Source of the DNA: Heterodontus francisci
Lineage: Eukaryota
DNA length: 64,000 nt
NCBI RefSeq assembly: GCF_036365525.1
Contig: NW_027140453.1
Coordinates: 1,054,001 to 1,118,000, forward strand
Direction: 5' to 3'
The notes below the pieces were generated by a model, which had not been told where the DNA came from, searched no databases, and saw only the letters and a program-made list of their open reading frames with translations. Of the stretch, positions 63,597 through 64,000 are shown one piece after another (positions within the stretch are counted from its first letter, which is position 1; the number at the start of each line of letters is the position of its first letter). Position numbers and translations under genes: made by a program.

Positions 63597-63653
63597 CAGG
63601 CGGGAGCTACCAGCCTTTACATTTTGGAGAACGTTCGGCTCTAACAGTATTGG
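63597..63653 (+). pseudogene. TRBJ: TRB J ORF J2.5 (GGSYQPLHFGERSALTVL; non-canonical FGER)
   Basis: Heptamer TATAGTG; open frame; G|gtgagt donor; paralog of J1.4/J1.8. Confidence 0.78.
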
Positions 63654-64000
63654 GTGAGTTAGACTTTCATTCAATGAAGCTAGGGATGCTGGGTTCATCT
63701 TGTCTGTGCAGGCTGGTGGTCATCTGATGGACTGGCTCTCTGCTCCTTTTCACCAGCAGGAGAGAGGAGCATGAATGGGGAGGAGTGTCTATGAGGAGGC
63801 TTCCCCTTGCCTTCCCCAGACACGGTGAGAAATGAATCCGTTCTGTAAGCATTTTTCTAACTGGCACGTTCGGCACCTGAGCTATCTGGTCCCCAACTTG
63901 TGTGTAGAAGTTAATTAATAACTATGAACAACTCCATGTAAAATCTTCCAGTATTATAAGCACTGTATCTGTGGACATCTAACATATTCACAGATGGATA

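Overview
Vertebrate genomic DNA carrying most of a germline T-cell receptor beta (TRB) locus, probably from a cartilaginous fish (inferred from the CR1 LINE and tRNA-SINE repertoire). The 5' 28 kb holds eight V segments: six look intact, one has Trp41->Arg and no visible leader, and one is a deletion pseudogene. Much of this V region lies in a ~9-kb inverted duplication (1-~8990 vs ~15265-24476), so V genes point in both directions. A CTCF-like site lies at ~33.15 kb. A 13.5-kb 44-bp satellite (37326-50885) ends just before D1 (GGAACAGCAGGGA, 12/23 RSSs), which is followed by nine J or J-relic segments. D2 (GGGACAGGGGGGA, the conserved TRBD core) and five more Js follow with no constant-region exon in between. 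No C exon is in the window; it presumably lies to the right. The rest is LINE/SINE fragments, micro- and minisatellites and three N gaps. Coordinates were counted by hand and no searches were run. Segment names (V1-V8, D1/D2, J1.x/J2.x) are local labels.
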